In this document: in pieces, positions 50,901-63,200 of the stretch
Layout of the letters: each line of letters begins with the position of its first letter
Numbering within the stretch: the first letter of the stretch is position 1
Assembly: GCA_964016885.1 (NCBI GenBank)
Contig: OZ024758.1
Coordinates: 36,704,001-36,768,000 of the forward strand
Source: Eledone cirrhosa
Lineage: Eukaryota
Length of the DNA: 64,000 bases
Direction: 5' to 3'
Translations under genes and position numbers: made by a program
The notes under the pieces: model-generated
Told to the model about the DNA's origin: nothing
The model's database searches: none
The model's input: only the letters and a program-made list of their open reading frames with translations

Positions 50901-53900
50901 AATGTTGGTGAGAATTCAGTTAAGTTCATGGTATTAGCTGTCAGAAGGAACTCCAATGTTGGTGAGAATTCATTTAAGTTCATGGTATTAGTTGTCAGAA
51001 GTAACTCCACTGTTGGTGAGAATTCATTTAAGTTCATGGTATTAGCTGTCAGAAGTAACTCCACTGTTGGTGAGAATTCATTTAAGTTCATGGTATTAGC
51101 TGTCAGAAGGAACGCCACTGTTGGTGAGAATTCATTTAAGTTCATGGTATTAGCTGTCAGAAGTAACTCAACTGTTGGTGAGAATTCATTTAAGTTCATG
51201 GTACTAGTTGTCAGAAGTAACTCCACTGTTGGTGAGAATTCATTTAGGTTCATGGTATTAGTTGTCAGAAGTAACTCCACTGTTGGTGAGAATTCATTTA
51301 AGTCATGGTATTAGTTGTCAGAAGTAACTCCACTGTTGGTGAGAATTCATTTAAGTTCATGGTATTAGCTGTCAGAAGTAACCCCAATGTTGGTGAGAAT
51401 TCATTTAAGTCATGGTATTAGCTGTCAGAAGTAACTCCATTGTTGGTGAGAATTCATTTAAGTCATGGTACTAGCTGTCAGAAGTAACTCCACTGTTGGT
51501 GAGAATTCATTTAAGTTCATGGTATTAGCTGTCAGAAGGAACTCCACTGTTGGTGAGAATTCATTTAAGTTCATGGTACTAGCTGTCAGAAGTAACTCCA
51601 CTGTTGGTGAGAATTCATTTAAGTTCATGGTATTAGTTTGTCAGAAGTAACTCCACTGTTGGTGAGAATTCATTTAATTCATGGTATTAGTTGTCAGAAG
51701 TAACTCCAATGTTGGTGAGAATTCATTTAAGTCATGGTACTAGCTGTCAGAAGTAACTCCAATGTTGGTGAGAATTCATTTAAGTTCATGGTATTAGCTG
51801 TCAGAAGGAACTCCACTGTTGGTGAGAATTCATTTAAGTTCATGGTATTAGCTGTCAGAAGTAACTCCACTGTTGGCGAGAATTCATTTAAGTTCATGGT
51901 ACTAGCTGTCAGAAGTAACTCCAATGTTGGTGAGAATTCATTTAAGTTCATGGTATTAGCTGTCAGAAGTAACTCCACTGTTGGTGAGAATTCATTTAAG
52001 TCATGGTATTAGCTGTCAGAAGTAACTCCATTGTTGGTGGGAATTCATTTAAGCCATGGTACTAGCTGTCAGAAGTAACTCCACTGTTGGTGAGAATTCA
52101 TTTAAGTTCATGGTATTAGCTGTCAGAAGGAACTCCACTGTTGGTGAGAATTCATTTAAGTTCATGGTACTAGCTATCAGAAGTAACTCCACTGTTGGTG
52201 AGAATTCATTTAAGTTCATGGTACTAGCTGTGAGAAGTAACTCCAATGTTGGTGAGAATTCATTTAAGTTCATGGTATTAGCTGTCAGAAGTAACTCCAC
52301 TGTTGGTGAGAATTCATTTAAGTCATGGTATTAGCTGTCAGAAGTAACTCCAATGTTGGTGAGAATTCATTTAAGTTCATGGTACTAGCTGTCAGAAGTA
52401 ACTCCACTGTTGGTGAGAATTCATTTAAGTTCATGGTACTAGCTGTCAGAAGTAACTCCAATGTTGGTGAGAATTAAGTTAAGTTCATGGTATTAGTTGT
52501 CAGAAGTAACTCCACTGTTGGTGAGAATTCATTTAAATCATGGTATTAGTTGTCAGAGGTAACTCCAATGTTGGTAAGAATTCATTTAAGTTCATGGTAC
52601 TAGCTGTCAGAAGTAACTCCACTGTTGGTGAGAATTCATTTAAGTTCATGGTATTAGCTGTCAGAAGTAACTCCACTGTTGGTGAGAATTCATTTAAATC
52701 ATGGTATTAGTTGTCAGAAGTAACTCCAATGTTGGTAAGAATTCATTTAAGTTCATGGTACTAGCTGTCAGAAGTAACTCCACTGTTGGTGAGAATTCAT
52801 TTAAGTTCATGGTATTAGCTGTCAGAAGTAACTCCACTGTTGGTGAGAATTCATTTAAGTCATGGTATTAGCTGTCAGAAGTAACTCCATTGTTGGTGAG
52901 AATTCATTGAAGTCATGGTACTAGCTGTCAGAAGTAACTCCAATGTTGGTGAGAATTCAGTTAAGTTCATGGTATTAGCTGTCAGAAGGAACTCCAATGT
53001 TGGTGAGAATTCATTTAAGTTCATGGTATTAGTTGTCAGAAGTAACTCCACTGTTGGTGGGAATTCATTTAAGTTCATGGTATTAGCTGTCAGAAGTAAC
53101 TCCACTGTTGGTGAGAATTCATTTAAGTTCATGGTATTAGCTGTCAGAAGGAACGCCACTGTTGGTGAGAATTCATTTAAGTTCATGGTATTAGCTGTCA
53201 GAAGTAACTCAACTGTTGGTGAGAATTCATTTAAGTTCATGGTACTAGTTGTCAGAAGTAACTCCACTGTTGGTGAGAATTCATTTAGGTTCATGGTATT
53301 AGTTGTCAGAAGTAACTCCACTGTTGGTGAGAATTCATTTAAGTCATGGTATTAGTTGTCAGAAGTAACTCCACTGTTGGTGAGAATTCATTTAAGTTCA
53401 TGGTATTAGCTGTCAGAAGTAACCCCAATGTTGGTGAGAATTCATTTAAGTCATGGTATTAGCTGTCAGAAGTAACTCCATTGTTGGTGAGAATTCATTT
53501 AAGTCATGGTACTAGCTGTCAGAAGTAACTCCACTGTTGGTGAGAATTCATTTAAGTTCATGGTATTAGCTGTCAGAAGGAACTCCACTGTTGATGAGAA
53601 TTCATTTAAGTTCATGGTACTAGCTGTCAGAAGTAACTCCAATGTTGGTGAGAATTCATTTAAGTTCATGGTATTAGCTGTCAGAAGGAACTCCACTGTT
53701 GGTGAGAATTCATTTAAGTTCATGGTATTAGCTGTCAGAAGTAACTCCACTGTTGGCGAGAATTCATTTAAGTTCATGGTACTAGCTGTCAGAAGTAACT
53801 CCAATGTTGGTGAGAATTCATTTAAGTTCATGGTATTAGCTGTCAGAAGTAACTCCACTGTTGGTGAGAATTCATTTAAGTCATGGTATTAGCTGTCAGA

Positions 53901-54479
53901 AGTAACTCCAATGTTGGTGAGAATTCATTTAAGTTCATGGTACTAGCTGTCAGAAGTAACTCCACTGTTGGTGAGAATTCATTTAAGTTCATGGTATTCG
54001 TTTGTCAGAAGTAACTCCACTGTTGGTGAGAATTCATTTAAGTAATGGTATTAGTTGTCAGAAGTTTACTCCACTGTTGGTGAGAATTCATTTAAGTTCA
54101 TGGTACTAGCTGTCAGAAGTAACTCCACTGTTGGTGAGAATTCATTTAAGTTCATGGTATTAGCTGTCAGAAGTAACTCCACTGTTGGTGAGAATTCATT
54201 TAAGTCATGGTATTAGCTGTCAGAAGTAACTCCAATGTTGGTGAGAATTCATTTAAGTCATGGTACTAGCTGTCAGAAGTAACTCCAATGTTGGTGAGAA
54301 TTCAGTTAAGTTCATGGTATTAGCTGTCAGAAGGAACTCCACTGTTGGTGAGAATTCATTTAAGTTCATGGTATTAGCTGTCAGAAGTAACTCCACTGTT
54401 GGTGAGAATTCATTTAAGTTCATGGTACTAGCTGTCAGAAGTAACTCCACTGTTCGTGAGAATTCATTTAAGTTCATGG

Positions 54480-57400
54480 TACTAGCTGTCAGAAGTAACT
54501 CCACTGTTGGTGAGAATTCAGTTAAGTTCATGGTATTAGTTGTCAGAAGTAACTCCACTGTTGGTGAGAATTCATTTAAATCATGGTATTAGTTGTCAGA
54601 AGTAACTCCAATGTTGGTGAGAATTCATTTAATTTCATGGTACTAGCTGTCAGAAGTAACTCCACTGTTGGTGAGAATTCATTTAAGTCATGGTATTAGT
54701 TGTCAGAAGTAACTCCAATGTTGGTGAGAATTCATTTAAGTTCATGGTACTAGCTGTCAGAAGTAACTCCACTGTTGGTGAGAATTCATTTAAGTTCATG
54801 GTATTAGCTGTCAGAAATAACTCCACTGTTGGTGAGAATTCATTTAAGTCATGGTATTAGTTGTCAGAAGTAACTCCAATGTTGGTGAGAATTCATTTAA
54901 GTTCATGGTACTAGCTGTCAGAAGTAACTCCACTGTTGGTGAGAGTTCATTTAAGTTCATTGTATTAGCTGTCAGAAGTAACTCCAATGTTGGTGAGAAT
55001 TCATTTAAGTTCATGGTATTAGCTGTCAGAAGTAACTCCACTGTTGGTGAGAATTCATTTAAGTTCATGGTATTAGCTGTCAGAAGTAACTCCACTGTTG
55101 GTGAGAATTCATTTAAGTTCATGGTATTAGCTGTCAGAAGGAACGCCACTGTTGGTGAGAATTCATTTAAGTTCATGGTATTAGCTGTCAGAAGTAACTC
55201 AACTGTTGGTGAGAATTCATTTAAGTTCATGGTACTAGTTGTCAGAAGTAACTCCACTGTTGGTGAGAATTCATTTAGGTTCATGGTATTAGTTGACAGA
55301 AGTAACTCCACTGTTGGTGAGAATTCATTTAAGTCATGGTATTAGTTGTCAGAAGTAACTCCACTGTTGGTGAGAATTCATTTAAGTTCATGGTATTAGC
55401 TGTCAGAAGTAACCCCAATGTTGGTGAGAATTCATTTAAGTTCATGGTTCTAGCTGTCAGAAGTAACTCCACTGTTGGTGAGAATTCATTTAAGTTCATG
55501 GTATTAGCTGTCAGATGTAACTCCACTGTTGGTGAGAGTTCATTTAAGTCATGGTATTAGCTGTCAGAAGTAACTCCATTGTTGGTGAGAATTCATTTAA
55601 GTCATGGTACTAGCTGTCAGAAGTAACTCCACTGTTGGTGAGAATTCATTTAAGTTCATGGTATTAGCTGTCAGAAGGAACTCCACTGTTGGTGAGAATT
55701 CATTTAAGTTCATGGTACTAGCTGTCAGAAGTAACTCCACTGTTGGTGAGAATTCATTTAAGTTCATGGTATTAGTTTGTCAGAAGTAACTCCACTGTTG
55801 GTGAGAATTCATTTAATTCATGGTATTAGTTGTCAGAAGTAACTCCAATGTTGGTGAGAATTCATTTAAGTTCATGGTACTAGCTGTCAGAAGTAACTCC
55901 ACTGTTGGTGAGAATTCATTTAAGTTCATGGTATTCGTTTGTCAGAAGTAACTCCACTGTTGGTGAGAATTCATTTAAGTAATGGTATTAGTTGTCAGAA
56001 GTTTACTCCAATGTTGGTGAGAATTCATTTAAGTTCATGGTACTAGCTGTCAGAAGTAACTCCACTGTTGGTGAGAATTCATTTAAGTTCATGGTATTAG
56101 CTGTCAGAAGTAACTCCACTGTTGGTGAGAATTCATTTAAGTCATGGTATTAGCTGTCAGAAGTAACTCCAATGTTGGTGAGAATTCATTTAAGTCATGG
56201 TACTAGCTGTCAGAAGTAACTCCAATGTTGGTGAGAATTCAGTTAAGTTCATGGTATTAGCTGTCAGAAGGAACTCCACTGTTGGTGAGAATTCATTTAA
56301 GTTCATGGTATTAGCTGTCAGAAGTAACTCCACTGTTGGTGAGAATTCATTTAAGTTCATGGTACTAGCTGTCAGAAGTAACTCCACTGTTGGTGAGAAT
56401 TCATTTAAGTTCATGGTACTAGCTGTCAGAAGTAACTCCACTGTTGGTGAGAATTCAGTTAAGTTCATGGTATTAGTTGTCAGAAGTAACTCCACTGTTG
56501 GTGAGAATTCATTTAAATCATGGTATTAGTTGTCAGAAGTAACTCCAATGTTGGTGAGAATTCATTTAATTTCATGGTACTAGCTGTCAGAAGTAACTCC
56601 ACTGTTGGTGAGAATTCATTTAAGTCATGGTATTAGTTGTCAGAAGTAACTCCAATGTTGGTGAGAATTCATTTAAGTTCATGGTACTAGCTGTCAGAAG
56701 TAACTCCACTGTTGGTGAGAATTCATTTAAGTTCATGGTATTAGCTGTCAGAAGTAACTCCACTGTTGGTGAGAATTCATTTAAGTCATGGTATTAGTTG
56801 TCAGAAGTAACTCCAATGTTGGTGAGAATTCATTTAAGTTCATGGTACTAGCTGTCAGAAGTAACTCCACTGTTGGTGAGAATTCATTTAAGTTCATGGT
56901 ATTAGCTGTCAGAAGTAACTCCAATGTTGGTGAGAATTCATTTAAGTTCATGGTATTAGCTGTCAGAAGTAACTCCACTGTTGGTGAGAATTCATTTAAG
57001 TTCATGGTATTAGCTGTCAGAAGTAACTCCACTGTTGGTGAGAATTCATTTAAGTTCATGGTATTAGCTGTCAGAAGGAACTCCAATGTTGGTGAGAATT
57101 CATTTAAGTCATGGTACTAGCTGTCAGAAGTAACTCCACTGTTGGTGAGAATTCATTTAAGTTCATGGTATTAGCTGTCAGAAGTAACTCCACTGTTGGT
57201 GAGAATTCATTTAAGTTCATGGTACTAGCTGTCAGAAGTAACTCCAATGTTGGTGAGAATTCATTTAAGTTCATGGTATTAGCTGTCAGAAGGAACTCCA
57301 CTGTTGGTGAGAATTCATTTAAGTTCATGGTATTAGCTGTCAGAAGTAACTCCACTGTTGGTGAGAATTCATTTAAGTTCATGGTACTAGTTGTCAGAAG

Positions 57401-60400
57401 TAACTCCACTGTTGGTGAGAATTCATTTAAGTTCATGTTACTAGCTGTCAGAAGTAACTCCACTGTTGGTGAGAATTCATTTAAGTTCATGGTATTAGTT
57501 TGTCAGAAGTAACTCCACTGTTGGTGAGAATTCATTTACGTTCATGGTATTAGCTGTCAGAAGTATCTCCACTGTTGGTGAGAATTCATTTAAGTTCATG
57601 GTACTAGCTGTCAGAAGTAACTCCAATGTTGGTGAGAATTCATTTAAGTTCATGGTATTAGCTGTCAGAAGTAACTCCACTGTTGGTGAGAATTCATTTA
57701 AGTCATGGTATTAGCTGTCAGAAGTAACTCCAATGTTGGTGAGAATTCATTTAAGTTCATGGTATTAGCTGTCAGAAGTAACTCCACTGTTGGTGAGAAT
57801 TCATTTAAGTTCACGGTACTAGCTGTCAGAAGTAACTCCACTGTTGGTGAGAATTCATTTAAGTTCATGGTATTAGTTTGTCAGAAGTAACTCCACTGTT
57901 GGTGAGAATTCATTTAAGTCATGGTATTAGTTGTCAGAAGTTTACTCCAATGTTGGTGAGAATTCATTTAAGTTCATGGTACTAGCTGTCAGAAGTAACT
58001 CCACTGTTGGTGAGAGTTCATTTAAGTCATGGTATTAGCTGTCAGAAGTAACTCCATTGTTGGTGAGAATTCATTTAAGTCATGGTACTAGCTGTCAGAA
58101 GTAACTCCACTGTTGGTGAGAATTCATTTAAGTTCATGTTATTAGCTGTCAGAAGGAACTCCACTGTTGGTGAGAATACATTTAAGTTCATGGTACTAGC
58201 TGTCAGAAGTAACTCCACTGTTGGTGAGAATTCATTTAAGTTCATGGTATTAGTTTGTCAGAAGTAACTCCACTGTTGGTGAGAATTCATTTAATTCATG
58301 GTATTAGTTGTCAGAAGTAACTCCAATGTTGGTGAGAATTCATTTAAGTCATGGTACTAGCTGTCAGAAGTAACTCCAATGTTGGTGAGAATTCATTTAA
58401 GTTCATGGTATTAGCTGTCAGAAGGAACTCCACTGTTGGTGAGAATTCATTTAAGTTCATGGTATTAGCTGTCAGAAGTAACTCCACAGTTGGCGAGAAT
58501 TCATTTAAGTTCATGGTACTAGCTGTCAGAAGTAACTCCAATGTTGGTGAGAATTCATTTAAGTTCATGGTATTAGCTGTCAGAAGTAACTCCACTGTTG
58601 GTGGGAATTCATTTAAGTCATGGTATTAGCTGTCAGAAGTAACTCCAATGTTGGTGAGAATTCATTTAAGTTCATGGTACTAGCTGTCAGAAGTAACTCC
58701 ACTGTTGGTGAGAATTCATTTAAGTTCATGGTATTAGTTTGTCAGAAGTAACTCCACTGTTGGTGAGAATTCATTTAAGTCATGGTATTAGTTGTCAGAA
58801 GTTTACTCCAATGTTGGTGAGAATTCATTTAAGTTCATGGTACTAGCTGTCAGAAGTAACTCCACTGTTGGTGAGAATTCATTTAAGTTCATGGTATTAG
58901 CTGTCAGAAGTAACTCCACTGTTGGTGAGAATTCATTTAAGTTCATGGTACTAGCTGTCAGAAGTAACTCCAATGTTGGTGAGAATTCATTTAAGTTCAT
59001 GGTATTAGCTGTCAGAAGGAACTCCACTGTTGGTGAGAATTCATTTAAGTTCATGGTATTAGCTCTCAGAAGTAACTCCACTGTTGGTGAGAATTCATTT
59101 AAGTTCATGGTACTAGTTGTCAGAAGTAACTCCACTGTTGGTGAGAATTCATTTAAGTTCATGGTACTAGCTGTCAGAAGTAACTCCACTGTTGGTGAGA
59201 ATTCATTTAAGTTCATGGTATTAGTTTGTCAGAAGTAACTCCACTGTTGGTGAGAATTCATTTAATTCATGGTATTAGTTGTCAGAAGTAAATCCAATGT
59301 TGGTGAGAATTCATTTAAGTCATGGTACTAGCTGTCAGAAGTAACTCCAATGTTGGTGAGAATTCATTTAAGTTCATGGTATTAGCTGTCAGAAGGAACT
59401 CCACTGTTGGTGAGAATTCATTTAAGTTCATGGTATTAGCTGTCAGAAGTAACTCCACTGTTGGTGAGAATTCATTTAAGTTCATGGTACTGGCTGTCAG
59501 AAGTAACTCCAATGTTGGTGAGAATTCATTTAAGTTCATGGTATTAGCTGTCAGAAGTAACTCCACTGTTGGTGAGAATTCATTTAAGTCATGGTATTAG
59601 CTGTCAGAAGTAACTCCAATGTTGGTGAGAATTCATTTAAGTTCATGGTATTAGCTGTCAGAAGTAACTCCACTGTTGGTGAGAATTCATTTAAGTTCAT
59701 GGTACTAGCTGTCAGAAGTAACTCCACTGTTGGTGAGAATTCATTTAAGTTCATGGTATTAGTTTGTCAGAAGTAACTCCACTGTTGGTGAGAATTCATT
59801 TAAGTCATGGTATTAGTTGTCAGAAGTTTACTCCAATGTTGGTGAGAATTCATTTAATTTCATGGTACTAGCTGTCAGAAGTAACTCCACTGTTGGTGAG
59901 AATTCATTTAAGTTCATGGTATTAGCTGTCAGAAGTAACTCCACTGTTGGTGAGAATTCATTTAAGTTCATGGTATTAGTTGTCAGAAGTAACTCCACTG
60001 TTGGTGAGAATTCATTTAAGTCATGGTATTAGTTGTCAGAAGTAACTCCAATGTTGGTGAGAATTCATTAAAGTTCATGGTATTAGCTGTCAGAAGTAAC
60101 TCCACTGTTGGTGAGAATTCATTTAAGTTCATGGTATTAGCTGTCAGAAGTAACTCCACTGTTGGTGAGAATTCATTTAAGTTCATGGTATTAGCTGTCA
60201 GAAGGAACTCCAATGTTGGTGAGAATTCATTTAAGTCATGGTACTAGCTGTCAGAAGTAACTCCACTGTTGGTGAGAATTCATTTAAGTTCATGGTATTA
60301 GCTGTCAGAAGGAACGCCACTGTTGGAGAGAATTCATTTAAGTTCATGGTATTAGCTGTCAGAAGTAACTCCACTGTTGGTGAGAATTCATTTAAGTTCA

Positions 60401-63200
60401 TGGTACTAGTTGTCAGAAGTAACTCCACTGTTGGTGAGAATTCATTTAAGTTCATGTTATTAGTTGTCAGAAGTAACTCCACTGTTGGTGAGAATTCATT
60501 TAAGTCATGGTATTTGTTGTCAGAAGTAACTCCAATGTTGGTGAGAATTCATTTAAGTTCATGGTTCTAGCTGTCAGAAGTAACTCCACTGTTGGTGAGA
60601 ATTCATTTAAGTTCATGGTATTAGCTGTCAGAAGTAACTCCGCTGTTGGTGAGAGTTCATTTAAGTCATGGTATTAGCTGTCAGAAGTAACTCCATTGTT
60701 GGTGAGAATTCATTTAAGTCATGGTACTAGCTGACAGAAGTAACTCCACTGTTGGTGAGAATTCATTTAAGTTCATGGTATTAGCTGTCAGAAGGAACTC
60801 CACTGTTGGTGAGAATACATTTAAGTTCATGGTACTAGCTGTCAGAAGTAACTCCACTGTTGGTGAGAATTCATTTAAGTTCATGGTATTAGTTTGTCAG
60901 AAGTAACTCCACTGTTGGTGAGAATTCATTTAATTCATGGTATTAGTTGTCAGAAGTAACTCCAATGTTGGTGAGAATTCATTTAAGTCATGGTACTAGC
61001 TGTCAGAAGTAACTCCAATGTTGGTGAGAATTCATTTAAGTTCATGGTATTAGCTGTCAGAAGGAACTCCACTGTTGGTGAGAATTCATTTAAGTTCATG
61101 GTATTAGCTGTCAGAAGTAACTCCAATGTTGGTGAGAATTCATTTAAGTTCATGGTACTAGCTGTCAGAAGTAACTCCACTGTTGGTGAGAATTCATTTA
61201 AGTTCATGGTATTAGCTGTCAGAAGTAACTCCACTGTTGGTGAGAATTCATTTAAGTTCATGGTACTAGTTGTCAGAAGTAACTCCACTGTTGGTGAGAA
61301 TTCATTTAAGTTCATGGTACTAGCTGTCAGAAGTAACTCCACTGTTGGTGAGAATTCATTTAAGTTCATGGTATTAGTTTGTCAGAAGTAACTCCACTGT
61401 TGGTGAGAATTCATTTAATTCATGGTATTAGTTGTCAGAAGTAACTCCAATGTTGGTGAGAATTCATTTAAGTCATGGTACTAGCTGTCAGAAGTAACTC
61501 CAATGTTGGTGAGAATTCATTTAAGTTCATGGTATTAGCTGTCAGAAGGAACTCCACTGTTGGTGAGAATTCATTTAAGTTCATGGTATTAGCTGTCAGA
61601 AGTAACTCCACTGTTGGTGAGAATTCATTTAAGTTCATGGTACTGGCTGTCAGAAGTAACTCCAATGTTGGTGAGAATTCATTTAAGTTCATGGTATTAG
61701 CTGTCAGAAGTAACTCCACTGTTGGTGAGAATTCATTTAAGTCATGGTATTAGCTGTCAGAAGTAACTCCAATGTTGGTGAGAATTCATTTAAGTTCATG
61801 GTATTAGCTGTCAGAAGTAACTCCACTGTTGGTGAGAATTCATTTAAGTTCATGGTACTAGCTGTCAGAAGTAACTCCACTGTTGGTGAGAATTCATTTA
61901 AGTTCATGGTATTAGTTTGTCAGAAGTAACTCCACTGTTGGTGAGAATTCATTTAAGTCATGGTATTAGTTGTCAGAAGTTTACTCCAATGTTGGTGAGA
62001 ATTCATTTAATTTCATGGTACTAGCTGTCAGAAGTAACTCCACTGTTGGTGAGAATTCATTTAAGTTCATGGTATTAGCTGTCAGAAGTAACTCCACTGT
62101 TGGTGAGAATTCATTTAAGTTCATGGTATTAGTTGTCAGAAGTAACTCCACTGTTGGTGAGAATTCATTTAAGTCATGGTATTAGTTGTCAGATGTAACT
62201 CCAATGTTGGTTAGAATTCATTTAAGTTCATGGTTCTAGCTGTCAGAAGTAACTCCACTGTTGGTGAGAATTCATTTAAGTTCATGGTATTAGCTGTCAG
62301 AAGTAACTCCACTGTTGGTGAGAATTCATTTAAGTCATGGTATTAGCTGTCAGAAGTAACTCCATTGTTGGTGGGAATTCATTTAAGCCATGGTACTAGC
62401 TGTCAGAAGTAACTCCACTGTTGGTGAGAATTCATTTAAGTTCATGGTATTAGCTGTCAGAAGGAACTCCACTGTTGGTGAGAATTCATTTAAGTTCATG
62501 GTACTAGCTGTCAGAAGTAACTCCACTGTTGGTGAGAATTCATTTAAGTTCATGGTACTAGCTGTGAGAAGTAACTCCAATGTTGGTGAGAATTCATTTA
62601 AGTTCATGGTATTAGCTGTCAGAAGTAACTCCACTGTTGGTGAGAATTCATTTAAGTCATGGTATTAGCTGTCAGAAGTAACTCCAATGTTGGTGAGAAT
62701 TCATTTAAGTCATGGTACTAGCTGTCAGAAGTAACTCCAATGTTGGTGAGAATTCAGTTAAGTTCATGGTATTAGCTGTCAGAAGGAACTCCACTGTTGG
62801 TGAGAATTCATTTAAGTTCATGGTATTAGCTGTCAGAAGTAACTCCACTGTTGGTGAGAATTCATTTAAGTTCATGGTACTAGCTGTCAGAAGTAACTCC
62901 ACTGTTGGTGAGAATTCATTTAAGTTCATGGTACTAGCTGTCAGAAGTAACTCCACTGTTGGTGAGAATTCAGTTAAGTTCATGGTATTAGTTGTCAGAA
63001 GTAACTCCACTGTTGGTGAGAATTCATTTAAATCATGGTATTAGTTGTCAGAAGTAACTCCAATGTTGGTGAGAATTCATTTAAGTTCATGGTACTAGCT
63101 GTCAGAAGTAACTCCACTGTTGGTGAGAATTCATTTAAGTTCATGGTATTAGCTGTCAGAAGTAACTCCACTGTTGGTGAGAATTCATTTAAATCATGGT
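54480..63200 (+). repeat. Second copy of the ~3.7-12.2 kb block (long-range intra-array duplication)
   Basis: Offsets are 50762 (4089->54851), 50440 (5757->56197), 50495 (7587->58082) and 51033 (8784->59817 through 11679->62712), with collinear rare variants. Confidence 0.88.
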
